Positions 19,397 to 27,731 of a stretch of DNA of 47,491 nt are shown here, piece by piece. Position 1 is the stretch's first letter, and each line of letters opens with the position of its first letter. Origin of the DNA: a virus; IMG/VR virus record IMGVR_UViG_3300037722_000333, positions 1 to 47,491 of that record. One strand, given 5' to 3'. The notes under the pieces were generated by a model, which did no database searches, had not been told where the DNA came from, and saw only the letters and a program-made list of their open reading frames with translations. Both the position numbers and the translations under genes were made by a program.

Positions 19397-19759
19397 CTAA
19401 TGTACTCCTACAATTCCAGTGATATTCCCAACCTTATCAAATCGGATACTATCATTCTGAGGCAGCGAGGGAAAATCCATAATCTCACACTGCCTATCAA
19501 TGTGTTTCCAAAACTTAATCATCTGCTCCGGTTTCACATTGTACATCAATCGCACCGAATTAAATAAATCCTTATACACTGGCGGATAATGAGTTGTGCC
19601 CTCCAAGATAATTGTTTCTTTCGAGAGTTCTAGTTGTTTCTTCGCAAGCAAGTAATAATACCAAAGTGCCTGACAAGCTGGATGCGGTGCAAGTGCGCCA
19701 TGCGGCTGCGTATGGCCTGTGAATGCTGGCGGATCGTAGCGAACTTTGTACTTAATCAT
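19397..19759 (-). CDS. hypothetical protein (120 aa)
   Basis: ATGA overlap with the upstream gene. No recognisable motif. Confidence 0.6.
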   Translation of the reverse strand: MIKYKVRYDPPAFTGHTQPHGALAPHPACQALWYYYLLAKKQLELSKETIILEGTTHYPPVYKDLFNSVRLMYNVKPEQMIKFWKHIDRQCEIMDFPSLPQNDSIRFDKVGNITGIVGVH

Positions 19760-19974
19760 TCTTTGTATACCTCAACGATCCATTTTTGTACTTCTGTCGC
19801 TGCCGCTAAATACTCAGCACTTGGATTTTTATCTATCTCTTGTCCAGATCGATAAGTTGCCCAGATTTTATCTCTCAATTGTTTTGGCAATTTAAACCAA
19901 TGTGATTTACACCCCCACAATTTTGGCGGTACTTCAACACCACATCCGGGCCAATGGCAGGTATGTTTAATCAT
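19756..19974 (-). CDS. small zinc-binding protein (72 aa)
   Basis: CHWPGCGVEVPPKLWGCKSHW gives a C-x4-C ... C-x2-H ligand pattern. ATGA-coupled on both sides. Confidence 0.55.
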   Translation of the reverse strand: MIKHTCHWPGCGVEVPPKLWGCKSHWFKLPKQLRDKIWATYRSGQEIDKNPSAEYLAAATEVQKWIVEVYKE

Positions 19975-20204
19975 GATTTATTCTCGTTATCTGTTTCTTG
20001 CTCGTTTAATTTAAATCTTATCTTTTCAAGATTTTTATAAAACATATGCATTATACCGTGTTCCATTTTTGTAAATTCTGTCGGTTTACCTATTTTCAAA
20101 CTCTCTATCAATCTATGAAACATATCATGAGCAACGCAAAGTTCTACTCGATCAAGCGTCAACATGATTTTCTCAGTTTTCGTAACTTTCGATTCGATTT
20201 TCAT
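19971..20204 (-). CDS. hypothetical protein (77 aa)
   Basis: ATGA-coupled ORF in the operon. Confidence 0.55.
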   Translation of the reverse strand: MKIESKVTKTEKIMLTLDRVELCVAHDMFHRLIESLKIGKPTEFTKMEHGIMHMFYKNLEKIRFKLNEQETDNENKS

Positions 20205-21169
20205 GCCGCAATCTCCAAATCCAGCTTAACCCAGGGTTCAATCTTACTCTCATAGTAGTCGCGATTATCCATCGCAATCAGCGTCTTAACCTGCTCTACC
20301 GTATCATATTGACAAACATCCCAGAATTGACACGGCCTGTTATATGCAAAACATCCACTACTTTGCCTGCGAAATCTCTGGCTATTGAATTGCAATTTTA
20401 TATTATAGAGATCAACCATCAAATCCTCTGCCCATGAGCGAATATCATAACTTGTGCGGTGAAAATCTAACATCCTCGATTGTGGATTAACTAAATCCAC
20501 ATATACACAGAGATACTTAAACGAGAGATTATCTACCTGCTCATTGAGAACATGCTCCAACACATACGCATACGGCAGAAGCTGCTCATCGAATGTATAC
20601 TTATACCCGGCAACAGATAAATCTTGCCTTGTCGTTTTCAAATCAACCACAACGTATTCACCTGTAAGTCGGTTGAACATAATCGCGTCGATAAACCCAT
20701 CGTAATATACCTCAATCGGCTTAACTGGCCGCAGCAATATCTGCCGTTTTGCCCGCAAATCAAATCCCTTCATCCTTATACTGAATGGAACTTCCACTGC
20801 TGGACGTAGCGAACCGTCGAGACAGCGTACTTGCGCGAGTTCGTACTCAACCAAATGACCTGATCGGCACAGCATTTTCATCGTAGCATAGCAGGCTTCC
20901 GGCGAGTAGTTGTATGCGGGATTGCTTACTAAATGTATCGGATGATGGACTAGCATTTTACCGATAGCCATATCGAGATTGCCTGATTGGAGGAATTCCT
21001 GATATCCAACATGGAGGGCTTTTCCTACTTCCGCCGGGATGCTTTCATCGCTACCGGGGTGGCGGAGAAATTTGCGAAATTCCAGTTTACGGTTGCAGCT
21101 ATGGTAGAGAGCCAGCGATGAGTGGGATAGGTGCAGTTCTGATATGTTATAGGATGTCATAATTTGCAT
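20201..21169 (-). CDS. PD-(D/E)XK nuclease, Cas4/RecB-like with probable Fe-S cluster
   Basis: Motifs GFIDAIMF, VVDLKT (D-x-K) and EQLLPYAY (QxxxY). One N-terminal Cys (YHSCNRK) plus C-terminal CFAYNRPCQFWDVC. Confidence 0.7.
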   Translation of the reverse strand: MQIMTSYNISELHLSHSSLALYHSCNRKLEFRKFLRHPGSDESIPAEVGKALHVGYQEFLQSGNLDMAIGKMLVHHPIHLVSNPAYNYSPEACYATMKMLCRSGHLVEYELAQVRCLDGSLRPAVEVPFSIRMKGFDLRAKRQILLRPVKPIEVYYDGFIDAIMFNRLTGEYVVVDLKTTRQDLSVAGYKYTFDEQLLPYAYVLEHVLNEQVDNLSFKYLCVYVDLVNPQSRMLDFHRTSYDIRSWAEDLMVDLYNIKLQFNSQRFRRQSSGCFAYNRPCQFWDVCQYDTVEQVKTLIAMDNRDYYESKIEPWVKLDLEIAA

Positions 21170-21763
21170 TTACATCCGCAAGTCAAAGCTAAAATCAGCG
21201 AGAATTTCTTTCATCTCATTCGCATCTTTCGCACGCTCGGTTACTTTCTGCTGCTTAACCTGCTTAGTCGCAATGACTCTGCCGTAGTTCTCTCGTAATC
21301 CACGTACCATGAGGCCAAAGCATTCCGGCGCCAGTATATCCCGCAAGTTAGGGTTTTCTTGTAGTTTACCTACTAGCTGTTTAATCGCATCCCCTATTAA
21401 CTCCTTATGCGTTAGCGAATTCTCCAGTACGTTGACCGCCCGTAGAATTTCGTCGATTGTCTCTTGTGGATATTCCTCAATTTGCCCCGGAAAGGTAAAT
21501 GTCTTTTCCATTAGCGATTGGCGGTTTTCATCCGTTACGTTAGCAGACGGCGTATCGCCCGTATTGACTTCCATCGCCAATAAGGTTTGTAGGGAATTGT
21601 CTAATACCGGGGCCGGTGTGCTTTCCGTTACTTTCCCCGCTGAGGGTTTATCCACTTGCTTACGCAATGCCATTAGCGGGTTTACCTTAACCGCCGGAAC
21701 TGCGAATTTCGCTTCATCAGCAATCGCAGGCTTTCCTTTATTAACCAAATCGCGTAGGTTCAT
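21170..21763 (-). CDS. hypothetical protein (197 aa)
   Basis: ATG preceded by GAGGGGA. Abuts the next gene (TAAATG). Confidence 0.6.
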   Translation of the reverse strand: MNLRDLVNKGKPAIADEAKFAVPAVKVNPLMALRKQVDKPSAGKVTESTPAPVLDNSLQTLLAMEVNTGDTPSANVTDENRQSLMEKTFTFPGQIEEYPQETIDEILRAVNVLENSLTHKELIGDAIKQLVGKLQENPNLRDILAPECFGLMVRGLRENYGRVIATKQVKQQKVTERAKDANEMKEILADFSFDLRM

Positions 21764-21782
21764 AATTTAACATCCCCTCAAT

Positions 21783-22139
21783 CTAAAGCACAAGATCATC
21801 CAGAATATCTTTCAATTCCGGATCGATAACCATTCGCTTACCGCGTTGTATCCTCACTACGGTTTCTGAGTTCGTCCCCAGTACATTGAGCAAACTCGTA
21901 TCCTTCACTTTACGTTCCTCGACGCTAACCACAATCATCTTGAAATGCTTCGGCTGCTTATTCGATACCCGTCTTGCAGTCGTTCTTAGCCGGGACAACT
22001 CAACCCGCATTGCATGAACGAATTTATCCGCATTTTCTTTTCCGCCGGGTAGTACAAATTGATAATCTTCTCCGTCCTTCGTCTTGCGGAGAAAATCTAT
22101 CAGCTTTAACTTAACCGGGGATGTGGATTTCTGTTGCAT
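21783..22139 (-). CDS. hypothetical basic protein (118 aa), apparently leaderless
   Basis: The ATG at 22139 has no SD and lies 6 nt downstream of a TTGACA-N17-TAAACT promoter. Confidence 0.55.
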   Translation of the reverse strand: MQQKSTSPVKLKLIDFLRKTKDGEDYQFVLPGGKENADKFVHAMRVELSRLRTTARRVSNKQPKHFKMIVVSVEERKVKDTSLLNVLGTNSETVVRIQRGKRMVIDPELKDILDDLVL

Positions 22140-22145
22140 CGCAGG

Positions 22146-22174
22146 AGTTTACCTTATCCAATGGCATTTGTCAA
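22146..22174 (-). promoter_or_regulatory. sigma70-type promoter (TTGACA-N17-TAAACT) for the replication-module operon
   Basis: Minus-sense read: ttttacTTGACAaatgccattggataaggTAAACTcctgcgATG. AT-rich upstream flank. Confidence 0.5.
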
Positions 22175-22192
22175 GTAAAAAATTTCATGTGA

Positions 22193-22462
22193 TTAACAAC
22201 GGCGGCTTAGATAATTCTCGTGCACGAATGCTATCACGGCATGGCGCGTATTTGCCGCATCGCTAGTTGCGCAGATTGGCAATCGCTGCAATTGCTCCAC
22301 TCGCGCAGAGAGAAGTTCGTCCGATTTCATGGCGATGATATCCTCTAATAGAGTGATTGTCATTTCACAGTGATTGCAGATTAGTGGTGGGAGTGCTTGT
22401 GCTGTGATAGCGATAGCGATACGGCCATCGCAGATAGAACAGAATATAGTGCGGGATTTCAT
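22193..22462 (-). CDS. zinc-ribbon protein (89 aa)
   Basis: CSIC...CNHC pairs. ATGA-coupled to the upstream ORF. Confidence 0.5.
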   Translation of the reverse strand: MKSRTIFCSICDGRIAIAITAQALPPLICNHCEMTITLLEDIIAMKSDELLSARVEQLQRLPICATSDAANTRHAVIAFVHENYLSRRC

Positions 22463-22680
22463 CGCTCCATTTTCCGTAAAGGTTTGAATCGTTTCCTTAT
22501 CGTTTTAAGGAATTGATAATGTCCAGTTACTTTCCCAACGTCATCGTAAACCAAATATCGCGTTTCTCTCGGTATCCAATTCTCCGGAATCATATCTGAC
22601 TCATATATTGTAGGGCGGTTATTCCGATAATATCCGCCAGTGGTAATCTTACGATAGAAATAGATTGGCAATTTTTTCAC
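22459..22680 (-). CDS. hypothetical protein (73 aa)
   Basis: GTG start in the track. Basic and Tyr-rich. Start uncertain. Confidence 0.45.
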   Translation of the reverse strand: MKKLPIYFYRKITTGGYYRNNRPTIYESDMIPENWIPRETRYLVYDDVGKVTGHYQFLKTIRKRFKPLRKMER

Positions 22681-22813
22681 TCCATTCTAAGGTATGCATA
22701 ATTATAAATGCCCCTACGATGATACAAAAAGTACTATCCCAATCTCTTATTAAATATAATCCTGCACCCGTTAATATACCAGCTAATCCTATTTGTAATA
22801 AAATTTCTATCAT
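22649..22813 (-). CDS. small membrane protein (54 aa, below the track cutoff)
   Basis: Hand translation: MIEILLQIGLAGILTGAGLYLIRDWDSTFCIIVGAFIIMHTLEWSEKIANLFLS, with two hydrophobic segments. ATGA overlap with the upstream micro-ORF. Confidence 0.4.
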   Translation of the reverse strand: MIEILLQIGLAGILTGAGLYLIRDWDSTFCIIVGAFIIMHTLEWSEKIANLFLS

Positions 22814-22893
22814 TGTAGCCAATCCCAGATAATGAGAATAAGGAATGTGAGTCCGAACGCTAGTAAAATGTCAACCACGGGAACGAGTAGCAT
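22810..22893 (-). CDS. micro-ORF encoding a 27-aa transmembrane peptide
   Basis: MLLVPVVDILLAFGLTFLILIIWDWLQ. The ATG lies 9 nt after GAGGAG. Confidence 0.35.
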   Translation of the reverse strand: MLLVPVVDILLAFGLTFLILIIWDWLQ

Positions 22894-22896
22894 GGT

Positions 22897-23181
22897 TCAA
22901 TACTCCTCATAAGATAAGGGACGTTGTCCATTAAGTATCATCTGCTCAGCTTTTTTAATCGCAGCGTTTAATTTTCTAAGATTTAATACATATATTGTCT
23001 CATCATTTGTTATTGAATAGTTATCCAAAAGGACTGTTAGAGAATAACCATTTATAGACAGTATCGATATCTTCGTATTGTCTGGATATCCAGATTTTAC
23101 ATAGCTGATTGAATATGCATCACGTTTATCTTCTTTAAAATCCTTTTTAATTAAGAAATTATGTAAACTGTGTTTATTCAT
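22897..23181 (-). CDS. hypothetical protein (94 aa), AT-rich island
   Basis: Start moved to ATG 23181, preceded by GGAGGATAAGATT. The track start (23196) is TTG. Confidence 0.55.
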   Translation of the reverse strand: MNKHSLHNFLIKKDFKEDKRDAYSISYVKSGYPDNTKISILSINGYSLTVLLDNYSITNDETIYVLNLRKLNAAIKKAEQMILNGQRPLSYEEY

Positions 23182-23244
23182 AATCTTATCCTCCAAATAC
23201 TAGCATTCGCACTAACCATGCGATGATTGTTTCTAGTAGGCTCA

Positions 23245-23463
23245 TTATTTATCTTCCCAAATTACATCAATAGTATTCTTATATTCTCCGTCTTTTGTAG
23301 TGTGGATTTTGGAAAATCTTCTAGTTGTTATATCATTATGTGTATGATACCACTCAGTTTCAAAATTTTCATTTTTGATTGCATCACAAATCAATACTTT
23401 CATATAATAATGACTATGACCAGATATTTTGATTTCTGTTTTATGTTCAGTTAGTTTATTCAT
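23245..23463 (-). CDS. hypothetical protein (72 aa), AT-rich island
   Basis: ATG preceded by AAGGAATAGGATT. No motif. Confidence 0.5.
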   Translation of the reverse strand: MNKLTEHKTEIKISGHSHYYMKVLICDAIKNENFETEWYHTHNDITTRRFSKIHTTKDGEYKNTIDVIWEDK

Positions 23464-23467
23464 AATC

Positions 23468-23668
23468 CTATTCCTTTCCAGTGCTAGACAGTTTCCCCAA
23501 ATCCTTTACCGCAATTCGCCGATAGTGTTTACCTTTCTTATTCCAGCGATAGTGTGTGTTGTGAATTTGGATGAATTCCGGGTTAGCGAGTCCGGGGATG
23601 AAACGATCTCCATCTTGCACGATGGTTCCGTCCGAATTACGTAGTTCGACACTATGTCCAGCGATCAT
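23468..23668 (-). CDS. hypothetical protein (66 aa)
   Basis: ATGA overlap with the upstream gene. Confidence 0.5.
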   Translation of the reverse strand: MIAGHSVELRNSDGTIVQDGDRFIPGLANPEFIQIHNTHYRWNKKGKHYRRIAVKDLGKLSSTGKE

Positions 23669-23988
23669 TTTAGCTTCCTTTCTTGGATAACTATTCTACG
23701 GTTATTTCCATCAGGTTTAAATTTTCCTTCAAGTATATCATTATCTTCTTGAAATATAAATCCAGCCTTTTCTAAAAAATGAATAAATTCTATTTTTACA
23801 GATGTTATACCTAATTGGTATTTTCCAGAAAATGTAATAGTTATATCTGCGTTATTGCTTAAAATTTCTATCTTTTTTAATTCTTCTCGAAATGTATTTT
23901 GAGCAACTTTTGACCAATTTATTTCTGGATGAAATTTCATCGCGTCCTGCAATTCTTTTGGAATTGATATTGTTTTTCTCTGTGTCAT
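23665..23988 (-). CDS. ribbon-helix-helix-like protein (107 aa)
   Basis: Start moved to ATG 23988, preceded by AAGGAG. The N-terminus MTQRKTISIPKELQDAMKFHPEINWSKVAQNTFREEL fits a CopG/RHH strand-helix-helix pattern. Confidence 0.45.
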   Translation of the reverse strand: MTQRKTISIPKELQDAMKFHPEINWSKVAQNTFREELKKIEILSNNADITITFSGKYQLGITSVKIEFIHFLEKAGFIFQEDNDILEGKFKPDGNNRRIVIQERKLK

Positions 23989-24028
23989 TTCGGCGCTTCT
24001 CCTTCGTTTAAATTTGAATTTTGCGATA

Positions 24029-24244
24029 TCAATGTATACTATTTGTTTCTCCAGATAAAATTTCAATATATAAGGTTTCATTGAATCTTTTACTAAGCAC
24101 ATTTAAAAAAGTTCGACATTGAATTAATGTGTTAAATTTTACTGCCTGTTGACTATCAGCAGTGAAATACAATTTATCGGGAAGTAATCCCTCAGTTACA
24201 TACTTTATTGGGTTGGTTTCACAATTACGAATTACATATATCAT
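24029..24244 (-). CDS. hypothetical protein (71 aa), AT-rich island
   Basis: ATGA overlap with the upstream HTH gene. Confidence 0.5.
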   Translation of the reverse strand: MIYVIRNCETNPIKYVTEGLLPDKLYFTADSQQAVKFNTLIQCRTFLNVLSKRFNETLYIEILSGETNSIH

Positions 24245-24666
24245 GGCCTATCTCCTTCTTTCACGAGATTTATCTCAACGTTGTACCCAACGCATCTGCA
24301 TATGTCTAAATATGTATACCAGTTAAAATTTTTCGTTTCATCCAATATGCCTCTAATCGTTCCGGGATTATGCCCTGTACATTCTGACAGATATGCGATT
24401 GATATTTCCTTTTCTATCAGCGTCTCCAGAAGCACTCTCGTAAATTGCCGTTTTGCATTTTTCAGCTTATTCTTTAAATTCTCCAATGATTTATTTTTTA
24501 TTGAATCACTCAAATTATTCTTCGCTCTGCAAAGTGGGCTGCAAATCATTGGTTCTCTTGCCATACGCAAACGTTCTTCCGTAAATGGTCCGCCGCAGAT
24601 TATACATCTTATTTTCCGTTTCCTTCTATCTTCTATACGTGCGATAATCATATCTTGAGTTGTCAT
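24241..24666 (-). CDS. Zn-ribbon + XRE-like helix-turn-helix protein (141 aa)
   Basis: CIICGG...CSPLC at the N-terminus. The C-terminal ISIAYLSECTGHNPGTIRGILDE...YLDICRCVGYNVEINL resembles an XRE HTH. RBS is GGAGAG. Confidence 0.55.
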   Translation of the reverse strand: MTTQDMIIARIEDRRKRKIRCIICGGPFTEERLRMAREPMICSPLCRAKNNLSDSIKNKSLENLKNKLKNAKRQFTRVLLETLIEKEISIAYLSECTGHNPGTIRGILDETKNFNWYTYLDICRCVGYNVEINLVKEGDRP

Positions 24667-24668
24667 GG

Positions 24669-25214
24669 CTACTCTCCAATCAAGTCAGCTATCTCAATGA
24701 ATACGTCCGCAGTTTTTCGCAATTCTTCTGACATGATTGGCGGGGTTATCTTGATGCTGGACATTACCGCTACTCGGATATTGCGGTTTTGCGCATATTT
24801 GACAAGTGGGGTAAAATCGCCATCGCCAGTTGCGAGGATTATTGTATCTATGCCATGTTGGCATGTTTCGATGAAATCCAATGCGATCTCGATATCCATA
24901 TTTCCTTTTTTGCTAATGCTTCCATCTTTTTGAGTGAAAGTTTTTCCATTTTTAGTCACTACATTATATCCATGATAGCTGAGAAAGTCCAACAACGGAC
25001 GTAAACGGTCAACGCCATTTTCATCAGTTATCACAGCGGTGTAGTAGTTAATCTTGCGAAGATTGCAAGCTGCGGATAACGTTAGCTGGAATTCCTCAAA
25101 ATCGAATTTTCGCCCAATTGCATTTACCGCAGTGTAGAAATTGCTCCCATCGATGAAAACCGCTACTCGTTCATCGTGGCGGAAATCGATTGTGCTCAAG
25201 TTTATCATAATCAT
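24669..25214 (-). CDS. NYN-domain (LabA-like) nuclease
   Basis: VAVFIDGSNFY ... NMDIEIALD ... ILATGDGDFTPLV ... IRVAVM reproduces the NYN/LabA pattern with the acidic residues intact. Its ATG overlaps the helicase stop (ATGA). Confidence 0.75.
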   Translation of the reverse strand: MIMINLSTIDFRHDERVAVFIDGSNFYTAVNAIGRKFDFEEFQLTLSAACNLRKINYYTAVITDENGVDRLRPLLDFLSYHGYNVVTKNGKTFTQKDGSISKKGNMDIEIALDFIETCQHGIDTIILATGDGDFTPLVKYAQNRNIRVAVMSSIKITPPIMSEELRKTADVFIEIADLIGE

Positions 25215-27142
25215 TTACTCGCTATCAGTTTGGGTTCCGGGAAATTCGGTTTCGGCTCATCCGGGTCAATATCAAACTGCGTATATGTTTTAATCTTATC
25301 CGCAATCGTCTTGCCCTTTATCTCTTGCCGCTGTATCGCTTTCTGCAATCCGCGATCATTCGCCAGTATGACAACGCGAAATTTAGCGCGAGTTGCCGCT
25401 GTGTACAGCCATTCACGGGTTAGCATTCTCGCATTAGCTGAGTGACATACGATTACAACGGTGCGGGCTTCACTACCTTGCATCTTGTGGCAAGTCATTG
25501 CATATGCATGGCAGAGTGTGCGATATTGGCCTGCTGTTGAGAATGTTACTTCGAGGTCTTCCGTCCCGTTATTGAATACGGCAGTTACTACGTGGGAAGA
25601 TGCGCGTTGGTTAATGTCGCCATCGTCTTCCAGCACAGTAACGTGCAGATCATCGGCCAAATTCGTGAGATCGAGTGAAAATCCGCTATCGAGTTTGACC
25701 GCATCATGCGTACCGATACCTTTGTTCCCATCATATTCGCCATTTAGGGAGATATCAACAATACGGCCCATCATGCCGTTGGAAAGTGAGCGTTTGCGGT
25801 CATTCTGAAGTAACATAATCTTATCATCGACTGCATAAGTAACTTGCGTTAATCCTGTGGTGATAACGATACGGCGATTGGTTTTATCAGGTTTCTCGGG
25901 ATTAAAGAAACGAACCAATTCTTCATTGATATTCAGCTGCCCGAGGACTTCTTTATTCTGCGGCACAATCAATGCGTCTTGAAATGGATCAAATGTGCCA
26001 TTCTTACTCATATATTTAATAACGTTAATCACTTTATCATATGCGGACAGACTTCCGTCCGGTAATTTCATAATGACGAATTTTTCCTTATCTTGAGTTG
26101 GGTAAAAACCTTGCAAGATATTGTGCGCTTGTTCTGCAATTACGCCCGCATTGCGATGCAATTTCTCCAGCGCATACACTGGCCACTTTATCATTGCATA
26201 ACCTAGCGCAGATTTGCCCATGATTGGCGTGAGTTGGTTGATATCGCCGATAATGATAATACGGCAATCGTCCGGCAATGCGGCTAGCAGTTCATTCGTT
26301 AGCGGAATATTCATCATTCCGCCTTCGTCTAGTACGCATATCTTGAAAGGTAGCTTATTCTCAACGGTGAAGGATGGCCGGAATATTCGTCTCTCGCGCC
26401 ACTCTTGCGTATCTTCATCGAGGAAATCTTCCATTACCGGAGCGTATCCGAGAGTGGCATGTACGGTGTTTGCCATTGGATGAAATTGCGGCGGTAGGTT
26501 GAGCTTCATTTGCTGGACTGCGCGCCCTGTGAATGCGCAGAAGCATATTGCTACGTTATATTGTTCTGGCGCCTTCTCATCTATCGCAGATGCGAGTTTC
26601 GTTGTATTCAGATTGATCGTTGGTAGCGTATTCTCTAACTGGCGCACTAGCTGTTTAATCGTTGTTGTCTTGCCCGTACCAGCAGCACCGATCAGCACAC
26701 CGTATTTCTGCTGCGAAAGTCCGGCTAATGCGGCAAGTTGGAATTCGTCCAATTGCACATCGCTTGGCGCCGGCGCTAGTCGCAAAACCGGCGGTTCATC
26801 GATTTCATCGTTTATGTTTTTTATTATCTGCTGAATTTCAGAACCATTGATTAAATCATTGGATTGACTATTTTCGTTAATTTCGAAATTTTCACTGGTT
26901 GTATTGCGCGCGGCTTCCGTTGCATTCGCTGCCTGTGGTTCCTTCGATTTTTTAATTAACTGCATTAGCGACATTGTCTTCAGCGCCGCCATGTCTTGCT
27001 TTTCAACAGCGCGGTTTGCCTGCTCTGCAATTCGCTTGGTTATACCCGTACCATAGAGGATATCATCCTTGCGAGTGGCGATAACGGATTTCGCCGCAGT
27101 CTCGGAAGGCGTGGATTTCTTTATCAGAAGGGGATTGCGCAT
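25211..27142 (-). CDS. RecD/Dda-like SF1B DNA helicase
   Basis: Walker A GAAGTGKTT, motif II VLDEGGMM, motif III IIIGDINQLTPI, C-terminal AMTCHKMQGSEARTVVIV. About 130 aa of low-complexity N-terminus. Confidence 0.85.
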   Translation of the reverse strand: MRNPLLIKKSTPSETAAKSVIATRKDDILYGTGITKRIAEQANRAVEKQDMAALKTMSLMQLIKKSKEPQAANATEAARNTTSENFEINENSQSNDLINGSEIQQIIKNINDEIDEPPVLRLAPAPSDVQLDEFQLAALAGLSQQKYGVLIGAAGTGKTTTIKQLVRQLENTLPTINLNTTKLASAIDEKAPEQYNVAICFCAFTGRAVQQMKLNLPPQFHPMANTVHATLGYAPVMEDFLDEDTQEWRERRIFRPSFTVENKLPFKICVLDEGGMMNIPLTNELLAALPDDCRIIIIGDINQLTPIMGKSALGYAMIKWPVYALEKLHRNAGVIAEQAHNILQGFYPTQDKEKFVIMKLPDGSLSAYDKVINVIKYMSKNGTFDPFQDALIVPQNKEVLGQLNINEELVRFFNPEKPDKTNRRIVITTGLTQVTYAVDDKIMLLQNDRKRSLSNGMMGRIVDISLNGEYDGNKGIGTHDAVKLDSGFSLDLTNLADDLHVTVLEDDGDINQRASSHVVTAVFNNGTEDLEVTFSTAGQYRTLCHAYAMTCHKMQGSEARTVVIVCHSANARMLTREWLYTAATRAKFRVVILANDRGLQKAIQRQEIKGKTIADKIKTYTQFDIDPDEPKPNFPEPKLIASK

Positions 27143-27148
27143 GGTGAG

Positions 27149-27439
27149 TTACTCTCGATTAATGTTGGCTATATATGGTTTGCAAATACGCATTGCCCAA
27201 TTTTCGCCTTCGTCAGCTTGATCGATAATACGTAATGCATCTTCTAACGTATAATCATTCAAAAGTTTTGGCAATATTTTAATTAAATCGGTGCGATAGC
27301 AAAATCCGTCATACCAGAAATTAGCCTGTTCAGCGAGTTCTTCTTTTGTATAGTCCTCCATTTGACTATATCGAATAAATCGTTTTTGCTCCATTTCGAT
27401 TTTTGAATTGTCGATGAAAATCGTTTTGTAAATTTTCAT
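27149..27439 (-). CDS. hypothetical protein (96 aa)
   Basis: ATG preceded by GAGGAGTGAAAGAAA. Confidence 0.6.
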   Translation of the reverse strand: MKIYKTIFIDNSKIEMEQKRFIRYSQMEDYTKEELAEQANFWYDGFCYRTDLIKILPKLLNDYTLEDALRIIDQADEGENWAMRICKPYIANINRE

Positions 27440-27445
27440 TTTCTT

Positions 27446-27721
27446 TCACTCCTCTATCAACGCTGTTTGAATTGCATTTAACCCAAATTCGATATTTGAT
27501 ACGTCTAAATCATTGTCAATCATTTGCTGTATAACTGCATAGCTGATTGCATGATAATTTATCATATTGGGTTCCCAAGGGATGATATAGAATGATATTT
27601 CTTCATTATATTTAGATAACGCGATAATATTTTTTGTGATTGAGCGAGTTAATATAACATCATTGAATGTTTTATTTATTTTTCTTTCAGCGAATGAGAG
27701 AGTGTTATCTTGAGTTTTCAT
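27446..27721 (-). CDS. hypothetical protein (91 aa)
   Basis: ATG preceded by AGGACATCAATT. Confidence 0.55.
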   Translation of the reverse strand: MKTQDNTLSFAERKINKTFNDVILTRSITKNIIALSKYNEEISFYIIPWEPNMINYHAISYAVIQQMIDNDLDVSNIEFGLNAIQTALIEE

Positions 27722-27731
27722 AATTGATGTC

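Noticed and set aside
24241-24666. The XRE-like HTH protein as evidence of a lysogeny switch or temperate lifestyle
   Set aside because: There is no integrase, excisionase, partition system or divergent cI/cro-type pair. The HTH gene sits inside a unidirectional early operon, so a lytic-cycle regulator is more likely.
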